In this document: positions 49,287 through 59,004 of the stretch, piece after piece
Numbering within the stretch: the first letter of the stretch is position 1
How the letters are laid out: each line of letters starts with the position of its first letter
Origin: a virus
Lineage: Duplodnaviria > Caudoviricetes
Direction: 5' to 3' (one strand)
IMG/VR virus record: IMGVR_UViG_3300032167_000004
Location: 64,001 to 128,000 of that record
DNA: 64,000 nt
The notes under the pieces: model-generated
Told to the model about the DNA's origin: nothing
Database searches by the model: none
What the model saw: only the letters and a program-made list of their open reading frames with translations
Program-made: the position numbers and the translations under genes

Positions 49287-52016
49287 TTAATATAAATCCC
49301 AAGTATTGTTACCGTCACTAATATAAGGTGAATATAAATCCCAAGTATTATCACCATTAGAAATATACATCTGATATGCATCATATTCAGAAGTTTCTTT
49401 ATTGAAAATATATACTAAACTTAAAGGCTTCCATATTGCATATAACGTAACTTCAATATTATTATGAGTTACAATATTACATATATCTTCACCATTTTTA
49501 TAAAGTATACCAGTTCCATCAGGTTTCGTATTCCAGCCTACAAATTCATACCCATCTAATATAAATCCATTAGCATTAAGAACTTTACCTGATGAATACG
49601 AACTAGACATATTTTCGGTATAACCAGATTTACTTCCATTACCATCAAAAATAATAGTATAGTTATTTGGTATATATTTTACTGTAAGAGATACATTTTC
49701 AGAACCCATGTTAAATACATATGGATTATATATACTTGTATAAGTCCCTGTCCATTTATCCCAAGTATAACCATTATTAATCTCTGCACTAACTGTAACA
49801 GATTCTTCATAATAATATGAACCACTACCACTCACACTTGAAACAGCACCACTATCAAAATTAATATTTACAATATATCTATTTCTATTATACCATAAAT
49901 CTATTATTCTAGATCCATCAGATAATATTGTAGTTGATATTACAGTTTCATTATCAACAGAACCGTGGTCATATGTAAATCCATCTATTGGTTTTGCTAT
50001 GCTAGATAAATTTATTATGGTATCTGGTGTAGCATATGCAGTATCAGTACTGTGTACATCATATGATAAACCATCAAGTTTTTTAGTATGATATATTACT
50101 TGATATTTTACAGTTGCAAGTTCCCATTGTGCATATAATGTAACTGTTTCACCATCAGTATATGTTAAATTAGATACTGATTGACCGTCTATATATAATG
50201 TACCATTACCATCAGGTCTTGTATTCCAGCCTATAAAATTATAATTAGTTTTTTCATATCCATTAGTATTTAAGTTCTTAGATACATCATATGTCATAGA
50301 CATATCACTTGTTGAACCAGAATCACTACTATTACCATTAAATTTAATAGTGTATGTAATAGGAGTCCACTGAGAATATAATGTTGTGGGTGATGAACTA
50401 GATGGCGTATATGTATTTGATACCAATTGTGATGAAGATTGTGCTTTTGACCATCCTTTAAATATATAACCATTTCTAGTTGATGTAGGTAATGTGACAG
50501 AAGAAATAATTTCTGATTCTACATCATATATAGCATATAATGTGTTATTTCCAGCATTAAATGTACTTTTATCAGTATATACAATTCCTGTTCCATTAGG
50601 ATTAGAATTCCATGATTTGAATTTATATTTGATAGTTTTATTCACAGAATCAGAATCTCTACTAGGAGTACCACCATTACCATCATATGTAATAATAGAA
50701 TAATTTGATGTTACATCATCAGATTTAGTAGCTGTAGGTAATATAATAGAAGATACTGTATCAGATTCTATATTAAATATAGCAAATAATGTAATATTAT
50801 CATGTATATCATCAGTATTTAAACTACCACTATATGAAATTCCATAACCATCAGATGAACTGTTCCATGAATTATGTATATACTTAATAGTTCTGGTAAT
50901 ACTATCAGAATCTCTACTAGGAGTACCACCATTACCATCATATGTAATAATAGAATAATTTGATGTTACATCATCAGATTTAGTAGCTGTAGGTAATACT
51001 AATGTTGTAGGTGATGAACTTTCTGAGTCATTCCATATAGCATATACTGTAGTATTATCAGTAAATATTGATGTATTATCATATTGTATACCATTGCCAT
51101 TGGGATCAGAATTCCAATGATCGAAAGTATAAATAATAGTTTTATTAACGGTATCAGATATTTTAGATACAATACCACCATTGTTGTTATATATAATACT
51201 ATAAGTATTATACTTATTAGATTTAGTAGGTTTAGATAAAGAACTTAATTCATTATTTGAATATTCAATTGATACGGTATTAGATTGTGTTGCAGTTAAT
51301 GTGGTTGATGAATTACGGCTATATTGTGTATACCACATTGTATTATCAGTATCACGCCATCCGTTAAATGTGTAAGACGTTTTATTAATTTTCATTGCAG
51401 TGATTGAAGTATTATTATCACCACTATTAGCATCACCTGTTATAGTGAACGAACGAATATTAACACTTGTAGGATTTTTATAAGGTTGGGGTAATTCAAC
51501 ATAACTTTGATTAGTCCATTTTGTTATATCAGGATCTCTCGGTGGACAGTAATCCCAAGAATATCCACCACTATCAAAATAAAGTACATATCCAATATTT
51601 TCATTAGATCCTCCACCAGAATCACCACCATCATCGTCGTCATCATCAGATGTTTTAACACTTTTACTTGTTCCATCACTAATGCTATATTGTGCAGTGC
51701 TTGGGCTTGTAACGCCAAACCATGCACTATATGAATTTTTATGAAATGATATTGTCACCGTACTAGTTGTATCACAACTTCCTGATACACCTAATGAATA
51801 ATAATCATTAAGACTACTTGGATAATATTGTTGACCACCGCTGTCTATAGTAATACCATTTAATTTAATATATCCGTCTATAACACGGTTAGTTGCCCAT
51901 TCTTCTGTTAATACAGATACATCATCTACATAAAAAGTGGAACTATTATAATGGTAATCAACTCTAACTGTAGCCCAAGATCTATTTGTATCAAAATATA
52001 GAGAACCACTAGGCAT
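49287..52016 (-). CDS. Listeria-Bacteroides repeat (Flg_new/InlB B-repeat) protein
   Basis: Many Y.I.YDGNGG...GY.F.GW...LYA.W repeats and a poly-Asp/Gly linker. Confidence 0.8.
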   Translation of the reverse strand: MPSGSLYFDTNRSWATVRVDYHYNSSTFYVDDVSVLTEEWATNRVIDGYIKLNGITIDSGGQQYYPSSLNDYYSLGVSGSCDTTSTVTISFHKNSYSAWFGVTSPSTAQYSISDGTSKSVKTSDDDDDDGGDSGGGSNENIGYVLYFDSGGYSWDYCPPRDPDITKWTNQSYVELPQPYKNPTSVNIRSFTITGDANSGDNNTSITAMKINKTSYTFNGWRDTDNTMWYTQYSRNSSTTLTATQSNTVSIEYSNNELSSLSKPTKSNKYNTYSIIYNNNGGIVSKISDTVNKTIIYTFDHWNSDPNGNGIQYDNTSIFTDNTTVYAIWNDSESSSPTTLVLPTATKSDDVTSNYSIITYDGNGGTPSRDSDSITRTIKYIHNSWNSSSDGYGISYSGSLNTDDIHDNITLFAIFNIESDTVSSIILPTATKSDDVTSNYSIITYDGNGGTPSRDSDSVNKTIKYKFKSWNSNPNGTGIVYTDKSTFNAGNNTLYAIYDVESEIISSVTLPTSTRNGYIFKGWSKAQSSSQLVSNTYTPSSSSPTTLYSQWTPITYTIKFNGNSSDSGSTSDMSMTYDVSKNLNTNGYEKTNYNFIGWNTRPDGNGTLYIDGQSVSNLTYTDGETVTLYAQWELATVKYQVIYHTKKLDGLSYDVHSTDTAYATPDTIINLSSIAKPIDGFTYDHGSVDNETVISTTILSDGSRIIDLWYNRNRYIVNINFDSGAVSSVSGSGSYYYEESVTVSAEINNGYTWDKWTGTYTSIYNPYVFNMGSENVSLTVKYIPNNYTIIFDGNGSKSGYTENMSSSYSSGKVLNANGFILDGYEFVGWNTKPDGTGILYKNGEDICNIVTHNNIEVTLYAIWKPLSLVYIFNKETSEYDAYQMYISNGDNTWDLYSPYISDGNNTWDLY

Positions 52017-52094
52017 ATATTATTCCCCCTTTAAATATTAGTTATTATGAATGGGAAAATCTAAAATTATTTTTTATATTTTATAACATATTTA

Positions 52095-52126
52095 AATTGG
52101 GTACAATCATATGATTGTACCCAATT
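52095..52126. terminator. Perfect 32-bp palindrome / terminator
   Basis: AATTGGGTACAATCAT/ATGATTGTACCCAATT. Confidence 0.6.
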
Positions 52127-52155
52127 ATTCCAATATATTAATATATTGTTTTAAA

Positions 52156-54858
52156 TCAATAAGGTTCCCAGACTCCATCTTTTACAATATGTGGTGCATA
52201 TAAAACCCATTCTTCATTGTGGCAAATGAAACATTGATAGGTTCCAATACCAGGTATTGTTGTACTTCCGAGAGTTTCCCAATTAGCATTTACAGTGATA
52301 GAACCAGTAGTTCTAGTTGCTAATTCATTTTGTAAACTTATAGTATCTGTAAATGTTGCATCTTTACCTTCATTGATACCAGTGATTACATTATTGGTAT
52401 TATCTGTCCAATTACCAAATCTGGAACCAGGTTTATTAGCTTTAGCTAATGTTACACCATATAATATATTATACGTTGCCGGATTATTACTATTATTATT
52501 ACCTCCATTTAGACTATAATTAATACTATAATCGATCGGATCGTAATAAAAATTAAATGTCATGTCCGAGTCTTCTTGATAAATGGTTTTACCCATATTA
52601 TAGTATATGATACCATCATTTTCATTTACATGACCAAATTGGTTATTTAAAATAAATCCATTAGGAATATCAGATAATGCATTATCTGTATTTAAATTAA
52701 TTGCCAATTTATAAGTATTTGTAAATGTTTCAGATTTCATTAAATAACAAGTATTAGACTCAGCATTTCCATCATTATTTTTAAATCCCCGTAATAAGTG
52801 GTTAATTCTATTAGTATATGTATTGATTTTCCAAATAGCATATAATGTTATTGAAGTATTATCTGTATACATATCACCAGGTTGATATGTTGCAATATTA
52901 TCATTACTAATACTCCATCCCATAAATGTATAACCACTTTTTACAGGAATTAAATTACTAATCTGATAATCAGTTCCATATTGTTTATATTCTATACCAG
53001 GATTATTATCAGTAGCACCATTACCATTATATAAAATAGTATATGATATAGCAGACCAAACAGCATATAATGTTATTGAAGTATTATCTGTATATATATC
53101 ACCAGGTTTATATGTTACAATATCATCATTACTAATACTCCATCCCATAAATGTATAACCACTTTTTACAGGAATTAAATTACTAATCTGATAACTAAAA
53201 CCATATCGTTTAGTTCCTGATGAAGGAATATTATTACCATCATTTCCATCATATGTGATAGTATATAAGTTATATTCAACTTCGGGTATTAATGATACAT
53301 TCTGTGTAGGCATTATAAATGTTGTGGGATTAGTATTATCAGTTATTATAAAATCACCAGACCATTTAGAGAAATAATACACATCATTATCAAAAATTGC
53401 TTCAATTGTTACTGATGCACCATGTTCATAAACACCAGCACCATTAACACTTTGAATATCTGAGGTTTTAATTAATGAAACAGTATAAGTATTTCGGGTA
53501 TAATATAAATTGATAACTAAGCTACCATCAGATTTAACAGTCACTGTTGATACGATACTACCATTAACTTTACCCTCTTTATATACGAAACCATCAATAT
53601 TAGTTATTAAATTTGAGAGGGTTAATACACTATCAGCAGTAGCTACTCTATTTTCAGATAAATGTAAAGAATATGTATTAGTTCCTACATCTTTAATATG
53701 ATGGTTTATGGTATACACTATATCATCTTTAGCTACCCATTGTGCATATAATGTTATATTACTGGTCGGTGTATATGAATCTGTAATACAATATTCAGAA
53801 GATACACTTTCACCCCAACCTAAAAAGTTATAACCTTCTCTAGTTGCTGTGGGTAAATTAATAGTAGTAGTATTATCGGAAGAAATATTCCATATTGCGT
53901 ATACTGAGGTACTATCATTAAAAGATGTGGAATCTGTATATCTAGTACCATCACCTGTAGAATTAGAACACCAATATGCAAAATTATAATTCACTGTTCT
54001 AGTGGCATTATCGGAATATCTATTTACTGTACCACCATTACCATTATAAATAACAGTAAAAGTCTCACTACCACTAGATCTGGTAGGTTTAGATAATAAT
54101 GATAATGTGTTATTATTGTAAGTTGTTGATTGTGACGATGTTTGTGTAGCAGTTAATGTGGTTCCTGAATTATGGTTATATTGTACCTGCCATATTGTAC
54201 CATCAGTAGTATCACGCCATCCATTAAATGTGTAAGACGTTATAATATTTTTTGTTGCAGATAATGTGGTATTATTATTACCGCCATTAGCAATACCTGT
54301 AATAATAAAAGACTGATTATCATTAGTAGAATTACGATATGGTTGAGGTAAATCTAATGGTGTATTTTTATATTTTCTTAACTCATTATTTGAAGGGAAA
54401 TAATCCCATGTATAACCACCATTATTTAAATATACACTATAAAATGTTGAACCAGACGAACCCCCAGAATCACCACCATCATCGTCATCATCGTCATCAT
54501 CTGTAGTTAAGTTAAATCCTGTAATAGTTGCAGAAGCAGATTTATTACCAGAACCTGTAGAACAGTTTGCATTAACAGTAATACTACTTATTGATGCAGA
54601 GCCTGAACTACTTACATTAACAGTCATTCTTTCACTACAAATTTCAACAGGAGAGCCATAAGTTGCAACACTACCACTATCACTTATTCCGCCAGATACA
54701 GTATATCTAATATCCGTACCACCGGTAAAGTCTACACGTTGTACATAAATATTAAGTGTTACGTCTCTGGATGATCCCCAAGTATCATGCTCTGTTACAT
54801 CAGCGGTAATTTTAATTACACTAGTACTACCACTTGTTGACATTTTGACAGATGCCAT
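52156..54858 (-). CDS. Listeria-Bacteroides repeat protein, paralog of 49287
   Basis: Same repeats and DDDDDDGGDSGG linker; different N-terminal domain. Confidence 0.8.
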   Translation of the reverse strand: MASVKMSTSGSTSVIKITADVTEHDTWGSSRDVTLNIYVQRVDFTGGTDIRYTVSGGISDSGSVATYGSPVEICSERMTVNVSSSGSASISSITVNANCSTGSGNKSASATITGFNLTTDDDDDDDDGGDSGGSSGSTFYSVYLNNGGYTWDYFPSNNELRKYKNTPLDLPQPYRNSTNDNQSFIITGIANGGNNNTTLSATKNIITSYTFNGWRDTTDGTIWQVQYNHNSGTTLTATQTSSQSTTYNNNTLSLLSKPTRSSGSETFTVIYNGNGGTVNRYSDNATRTVNYNFAYWCSNSTGDGTRYTDSTSFNDSTSVYAIWNISSDNTTTINLPTATREGYNFLGWGESVSSEYCITDSYTPTSNITLYAQWVAKDDIVYTINHHIKDVGTNTYSLHLSENRVATADSVLTLSNLITNIDGFVYKEGKVNGSIVSTVTVKSDGSLVINLYYTRNTYTVSLIKTSDIQSVNGAGVYEHGASVTIEAIFDNDVYYFSKWSGDFIITDNTNPTTFIMPTQNVSLIPEVEYNLYTITYDGNDGNNIPSSGTKRYGFSYQISNLIPVKSGYTFMGWSISNDDIVTYKPGDIYTDNTSITLYAVWSAISYTILYNGNGATDNNPGIEYKQYGTDYQISNLIPVKSGYTFMGWSISNDNIATYQPGDMYTDNTSITLYAIWKINTYTNRINHLLRGFKNNDGNAESNTCYLMKSETFTNTYKLAINLNTDNALSDIPNGFILNNQFGHVNENDGIIYYNMGKTIYQEDSDMTFNFYYDPIDYSINYSLNGGNNNSNNPATYNILYGVTLAKANKPGSRFGNWTDNTNNVITGINEGKDATFTDTISLQNELATRTTGSITVNANWETLGSTTIPGIGTYQCFICHNEEWVLYAPHIVKDGVWEPY

Positions 54859-54861
54859 TTT

Positions 54862-55047
54862 TTATCCCTCCTCTTCTTTAGTAGTATTATTAGGTTGATG
54901 AACCTTTAAGAATATAATTCTACCTTCATATAAATTGTTTGTAGGGAAACTATCTCTAAATAAATTACTATTAGATACAGCGTCTGCAGTCATATATTTT
55001 GTTAATAATTCTGATGCAGAATTTACAATAATTACATTATTACTCAT
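54862..55047 (-). CDS. Small tail adaptor-like protein, 61 aa
   Basis: Coupled to neighbours; P....EGRIIFLKV motif. Confidence 0.5.
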   Translation of the reverse strand: MSNNVIIVNSASELLTKYMTADAVSNSNLFRDSFPTNNLYEGRIIFLKVHQPNNTTKEEEG

Positions 55048-55049
55048 AT

Positions 55050-55736
55050 TTATTCACTCCCCACTTCTAAGAAGAACATATCATTCTCAGTTAAAATACC
55101 AGGAGGTAAAGTGTCACCATATAAATTACTAGATAATATCACAGGTTTAGTGCTGATACTGCTACCAGGTACCTTTTTTAAATATAACGTACCTTTAGGA
55201 ACATCCGGAGGAAGAATTTCACCACATACGTCTTTACCCAATATTATAGGACCAGTTAATTCTTTAATAATTACATTAATATCAACATTTTTTGTACCGT
55301 CAAATTCTACACTACCTTCAGCATCACCAATAAGTGATATTTTTCTACCAGTAGTTAATTTTTCAGCAGAACCAGAGCTATAAATTTCATAACCTGCCTC
55401 ATCATATAATAATTCATCATCTTTTACATAAAACATCTTATTGGTTTCTAATACTTTAACAGTATCACCAATTTGAACATCTTCTTTTCTTAATTCAAAA
55501 CGTTCCTCATCATTTTCAACAATAACACATCGTTCTAATGCACCTTGAGGAATATTTTCAATAGGGATTACACCTTTTAAAATATTTGCAGGTAATTTAC
55601 CCTCTTCATCCAATTTTATAATTTTATGAGGAGCAGCTTCTTCTACAACATCTGTAACAGCAAGTTTATTATCTATCTTACTAACTAATTGACTAGTAAG
55701 ATAATTCAATTCACGATCAGATACAGCTTTATACAC
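55050..55736 (-). CDS. Short tail-fibre module protein
   Basis: Shares KL..EGKLPA and GALERC modules with the 958-aa fibre; AEKLTT.R.I...G...FDG motif. Confidence 0.7.
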   Translation of the reverse strand: MYKAVSDRELNYLTSQLVSKIDNKLAVTDVVEEAAPHKIIKLDEEGKLPANILKGVIPIENIPQGALERCVIVENDEERFELRKEDVQIGDTVKVLETNKMFYVKDDELLYDEAGYEIYSSGSAEKLTTGRKISLIGDAEGSVEFDGTKNVDINVIIKELTGPIILGKDVCGEILPPDVPKGTLYLKKVPGSSISTKPVILSSNLYGDTLPPGILTENDMFFLEVGSE

Positions 55737-55827
55737 TGTTATTACACCTCCTTAAATTATTTTAAATTATATGGGTACATTCGTATGAATGTACCCATTT
55801 TTTATTTAATATACTGTTCTTTTTGTC

Positions 55828-56463
55828 TTAAGTGACATCCATATGAACACAACGATTATTCGTTCCTTCAATCTTGTAATGATATCTAATTCTAGGACGA
55901 GTATTTAAATAAGCTTCAATTTGATAAGCAGTTTTACCTTGAATGTAGAAATCCATTGCCTTACCATATAAATGTCTAGAATTAGAAACTCCACCCTCAT
56001 TTGCATTATGAACAGGACATCTAATACCACTAGTTACAATAACAGGTCCTAATTCTTCTCTCATAATATCTGCTTCTTCAAGTAATATTCTACTCATTGT
56101 AGCAGTATCACCTTTACAATGTCTGCCACCACATTTGCATGTAAATTCATCTTCTGTAAAATATTTAATACCTGCAAATACACCAGTCTTATTATTAGTA
56201 GTAGTTGTAGTATTGATAACAACTTTATTTGTAGAAGATGATGTAGTCGTTGTAGTATTTGTATTATTAATTTTAATACCTTCACCAATGACTTTTAATA
56301 TTTCTTCTTCAGTTTTAGGACCAAAAACTCCATCAGGAGTTAAATTTCTTTCTTTTTGAAATTGTTTAGTTGCTTCACTTGACTGAGCACCAAAATCACC
56401 ATCAATTTCACCTTTATATAAACCTAAATATGCTAATAAATTTTGTTTTTGTTTGTTAGTCAT
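55828..56463 (-). CDS. Endolysin: peptidoglycan-binding domain plus peptidase M15
   Basis: DGDFG...FQ....L.PDG.FGP.T; SGIRC..HN...GG..NSRH..G.A.D...VH.D. Confidence 0.9.
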   Translation of the reverse strand: MTNKQKQNLLAYLGLYKGEIDGDFGAQSSEATKQFQKERNLTPDGVFGPKTEEEILKVIGEGIKINNTNTTTTTSSSTNKVVINTTTTTNNKTGVFAGIKYFTEDEFTCKCGGRHCKGDTATMSRILLEEADIMREELGPVIVTSGIRCPVHNANEGGVSNSRHLYGKAMDFYIQGKTAYQIEAYLNTRPRIRYHYKIEGTNNRCVHMDVT

Positions 56464-56636
56464 AGACTCACCTCCTATATATTATTATAATGTGTAGAAA
56501 TATTAGTATTTTTAAATATAAGAATAAATATACATATATAGTATAATTTATCTCTGTTTATTTATATAAAAATTTATTATTAAATATGGCTCCTTTTGAC
56601 ATAATTAGTCACTTCATTTTTTAAATAAAATAATTA

Positions 56637-56674
56637 ATTATGGTTACTGATATTTAAATATCAGTAACCATAAT
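56637..56674 (-). terminator. Terminator of Kelch cassette 2
   Basis: ATTATGGTTACTGATAT/ATATCAGTAACCATAAT. Confidence 0.7.
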
Positions 56675-56684
56675 CTTTATTTAA

Positions 56685-56813
56685 TTAATAATCTTCACCA
56701 ACAATTTCTTTATACTGTTCTTTAGTAATAACACCTTTACGAACAGCCATTTTTACCATAGGCTTGCTCCAAAGACCTGCTTCGTAATTAAACTTAACCT
56801 TTTCAAAGCTCAT
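56685..56813 (-). CDS. XkdX-family small tail protein, 42 aa (not in ORF track)
   Basis: MSFEKVKFNYEAGLWSKPMVKMAVRKGVITKEQYKEIVGEDY matches XkdX pattern. Confidence 0.85.
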   Translation of the reverse strand: MSFEKVKFNYEAGLWSKPMVKMAVRKGVITKEQYKEIVGEDY

Positions 56814-56815
56814 AA

Positions 56816-57223
56816 TTATACCTCCACATCATCAAGTGTCATCATATTTTGATACTCAAGCTGAGCAGCGATGCTTGCCAGAGAAGTAGCGCTTAATTCA
56901 GCATTAGAAGCCTCAGCATCGGCTTTTTCTTTTTCGGCTTTTATAGCGGCAAGCTCTCTGGCTTCTTCGAATGCCTCAATTGTATCTAGTTTTTCTTGGT
57001 CTGTTTCACAGTTGGAAAAATCGCAACCCTGTACCATATACATATCAACCATTTGACCTAAAGTGCCGAAAAAGCCACCATTAATTTCGCCAGCAGCACA
57101 AACAACTGTAATAGAATCAAGACCAGCGATTGGATAACGCTGAATCCATTGTTCTGCCGTAAATACTTCGCCAACTGGTGTTAGAATCACATCTTGTTTA
57201 TTCCAAATTGCATATCTTTTCAT
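56816..57223 (-). CDS. Tail-fibre assembly/chaperone-like protein (XkdW-like position)
   Basis: 135 aa, near-identical paralog at 58580, between fibre tip and XkdX. Confidence 0.6.
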   Translation of the reverse strand: MKRYAIWNKQDVILTPVGEVFTAEQWIQRYPIAGLDSITVVCAAGEINGGFFGTLGQMVDMYMVQGCDFSNCETDQEKLDTIEAFEEARELAAIKAEKEKADAEASNAELSATSLASIAAQLEYQNMMTLDDVEV

Positions 57224-57243
57224 ATTATTTTCTCCTTTTATTG

Positions 57244-58371
57244 TTAGATTATAACATAAACATCGACTGTTGACATACTACTACCCACATATTGTTTATC
57301 CAAACCACCACCAAACAATGCGTAGTCACCAACGTGGGTTGCCGCTAAATTATTACGAGCCTTACTCAATGTACTCGGTGTTGTTTTAGTGAGAGATGTA
57401 TCATAGACATCAACAGTATCGTACATATTATAGTCTTCATATGCTCCTGCATCCGCACCACCACCAAACAATGCGTAGTCACCAACGTGGGTTGCCGCTA
57501 AACCGTATCTTGCCTTGCTCAATGTACTTGGCGTTGTTTTAGTGAGAGATGCATTATAGGCATCAACAGTAGAGTGTGGTATACCGTTATCAGTAGTGCT
57601 TGAATATGATGATGCACCTCCACCAAACAATGCATAGTCACCAATATGAGTCGCCGCTAGTCTACATCGAGCTACACTTAAATTTATGGGATTCGTCTGT
57701 GTAAGATATTTATCAAAAGAATGTATCGCATCAGTAACATATTCCCCGTCATTATAACACAAACCCCCACCAAACAATGCATAGTCACCAATATGGGTCG
57801 CCGCTAAATAAGAATAAGCTTTACTAAAATTTATAGACGATATCAATGTGAACGATGTGTTAAAACATTCTATTATTTCACCATTGCTAAATAATACATA
57901 ATTTCCAACACAAGATGCAGCGATGTCACATCTTTTACTTGTTTGTATCGTTGTTTGCGTAAGAAACTTGTTATATGCAGAAATAGCTTCGCCAGTTCTA
58001 AACACTGCATAATCATCGGTATGTGTCGCAGTGAAACTAACACCATACCCAGGTTTTAAAGAATCAACATTTGATTTTACCAACAAAGAGTTATAAACAT
58101 CTACATCATATTTTCGGCTAGTACTACTCCAACCACCACCAAATAAAGCATAATTACCAACATGGGTTGCTGCTAAATCATATCTAGCTGCACTTAAACC
58201 AGTTGCAGTTCCATAGTATACTAACTCTCCACCACTCCAACAAGGTCTAGCAACTCCACCAATACCTATATATGCTTTTTTAATTTTTCTAGCTACACCA
58301 TCAATACCTATATATGCTTTTTTAATTTTATGAGCAACATTATCAATACCTATATAAGCTCGTTTTGGCAT
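57244..58371 (-). CDS. Kelch-repeat beta-propeller, putative receptor-binding protein
   Basis: Repeated AR..LAATHVGDYALFGGG...VD.Y blades; N-terminal triple KAYIGI motif. Confidence 0.8.
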   Translation of the reverse strand: MPKRAYIGIDNVAHKIKKAYIGIDGVARKIKKAYIGIGGVARPCWSGGELVYYGTATGLSAARYDLAATHVGNYALFGGGWSSTSRKYDVDVYNSLLVKSNVDSLKPGYGVSFTATHTDDYAVFRTGEAISAYNKFLTQTTIQTSKRCDIAASCVGNYVLFSNGEIIECFNTSFTLISSINFSKAYSYLAATHIGDYALFGGGLCYNDGEYVTDAIHSFDKYLTQTNPINLSVARCRLAATHIGDYALFGGGASSYSSTTDNGIPHSTVDAYNASLTKTTPSTLSKARYGLAATHVGDYALFGGGADAGAYEDYNMYDTVDVYDTSLTKTTPSTLSKARNNLAATHVGDYALFGGGLDKQYVGSSMSTVDVYVII

Positions 58372-58399
58372 TAATAACCACCTCTATATAAATTTATTA

Positions 58400-58437
58400 A
58401 TTATGGTTACTGATATGTTAATATCAGTAACCATAAT
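58400..58437 (-). terminator. Terminator of Kelch cassette 1 containing an embedded late-promoter motif
   Basis: Copy of the 56637 hairpin; minus strand reads AACATATCAGTA at 58419-58408. Confidence 0.65.
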
Positions 58438-58447
58438 CTTTATTTAA

Positions 58448-58576
58448 TTAAAAATCTTCACCGACAATTTCTTTATATTGTTCTTTAGTAATAACACCTT
58501 TACGAACAGCCATTTTTACCATCGGCTTACTCCATAAACCTGCATCATAATTAAATTTAACCTTATCAAAACTCAT
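58448..58576 (-). CDS. XkdX-family small tail protein, 42 aa (not in ORF track)
   Basis: MSFDKVKFNYDAGLWSKPMVKMAVRKGVITKEQYKEIVGEDF. Confidence 0.85.
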   Translation of the reverse strand: MSFDKVKFNYDAGLWSKPMVKMAVRKGVITKEQYKEIVGEDF

Positions 58577-58579
58577 ATT

Positions 58580-58987
58580 TTATACCTCCACATCATCTAA
58601 TGTTATCATATTTTGGTACTCAAGTTGTGCAGCAATACTAGCTAAAGATGTAGCACTTAATTCTTCATTAGAAGCTTTAGTTTCAGCTGCAATCTTTGCA
58701 GCTTCAGCTGCAGCAAGATTTTCTGCTTCATCAAAAGCTTCAATTGCAGCAAGTTTTTCTTCAGGAGTATTACAATTAGAAAAATCACAACCTCTTGAAA
58801 CATACATATCAACCATTTGACCTAAGGTTCCAAAGAAACCACCATTAATTTCACCAGCAGCACAAACTACTGTAATAGAATCGATACCAGCAATAGGATA
58901 TCTTTGAATCCACTGTTCTGCTGTAAAAACTTCACCAACAGGTGTTAAAATTGTATCTTTCTTATTCCAAATTGCATATCTAGCCAT
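58580..58987 (-). CDS. Tail-fibre assembly/chaperone-like protein
   Basis: Paralog of 56816. Confidence 0.6.
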   Translation of the reverse strand: MARYAIWNKKDTILTPVGEVFTAEQWIQRYPIAGIDSITVVCAAGEINGGFFGTLGQMVDMYVSRGCDFSNCNTPEEKLAAIEAFDEAENLAAAEAAKIAAETKASNEELSATSLASIAAQLEYQNMITLDDVEV

Positions 58988-59004
58988 TTTATTATTCTCC
59001 TTTT

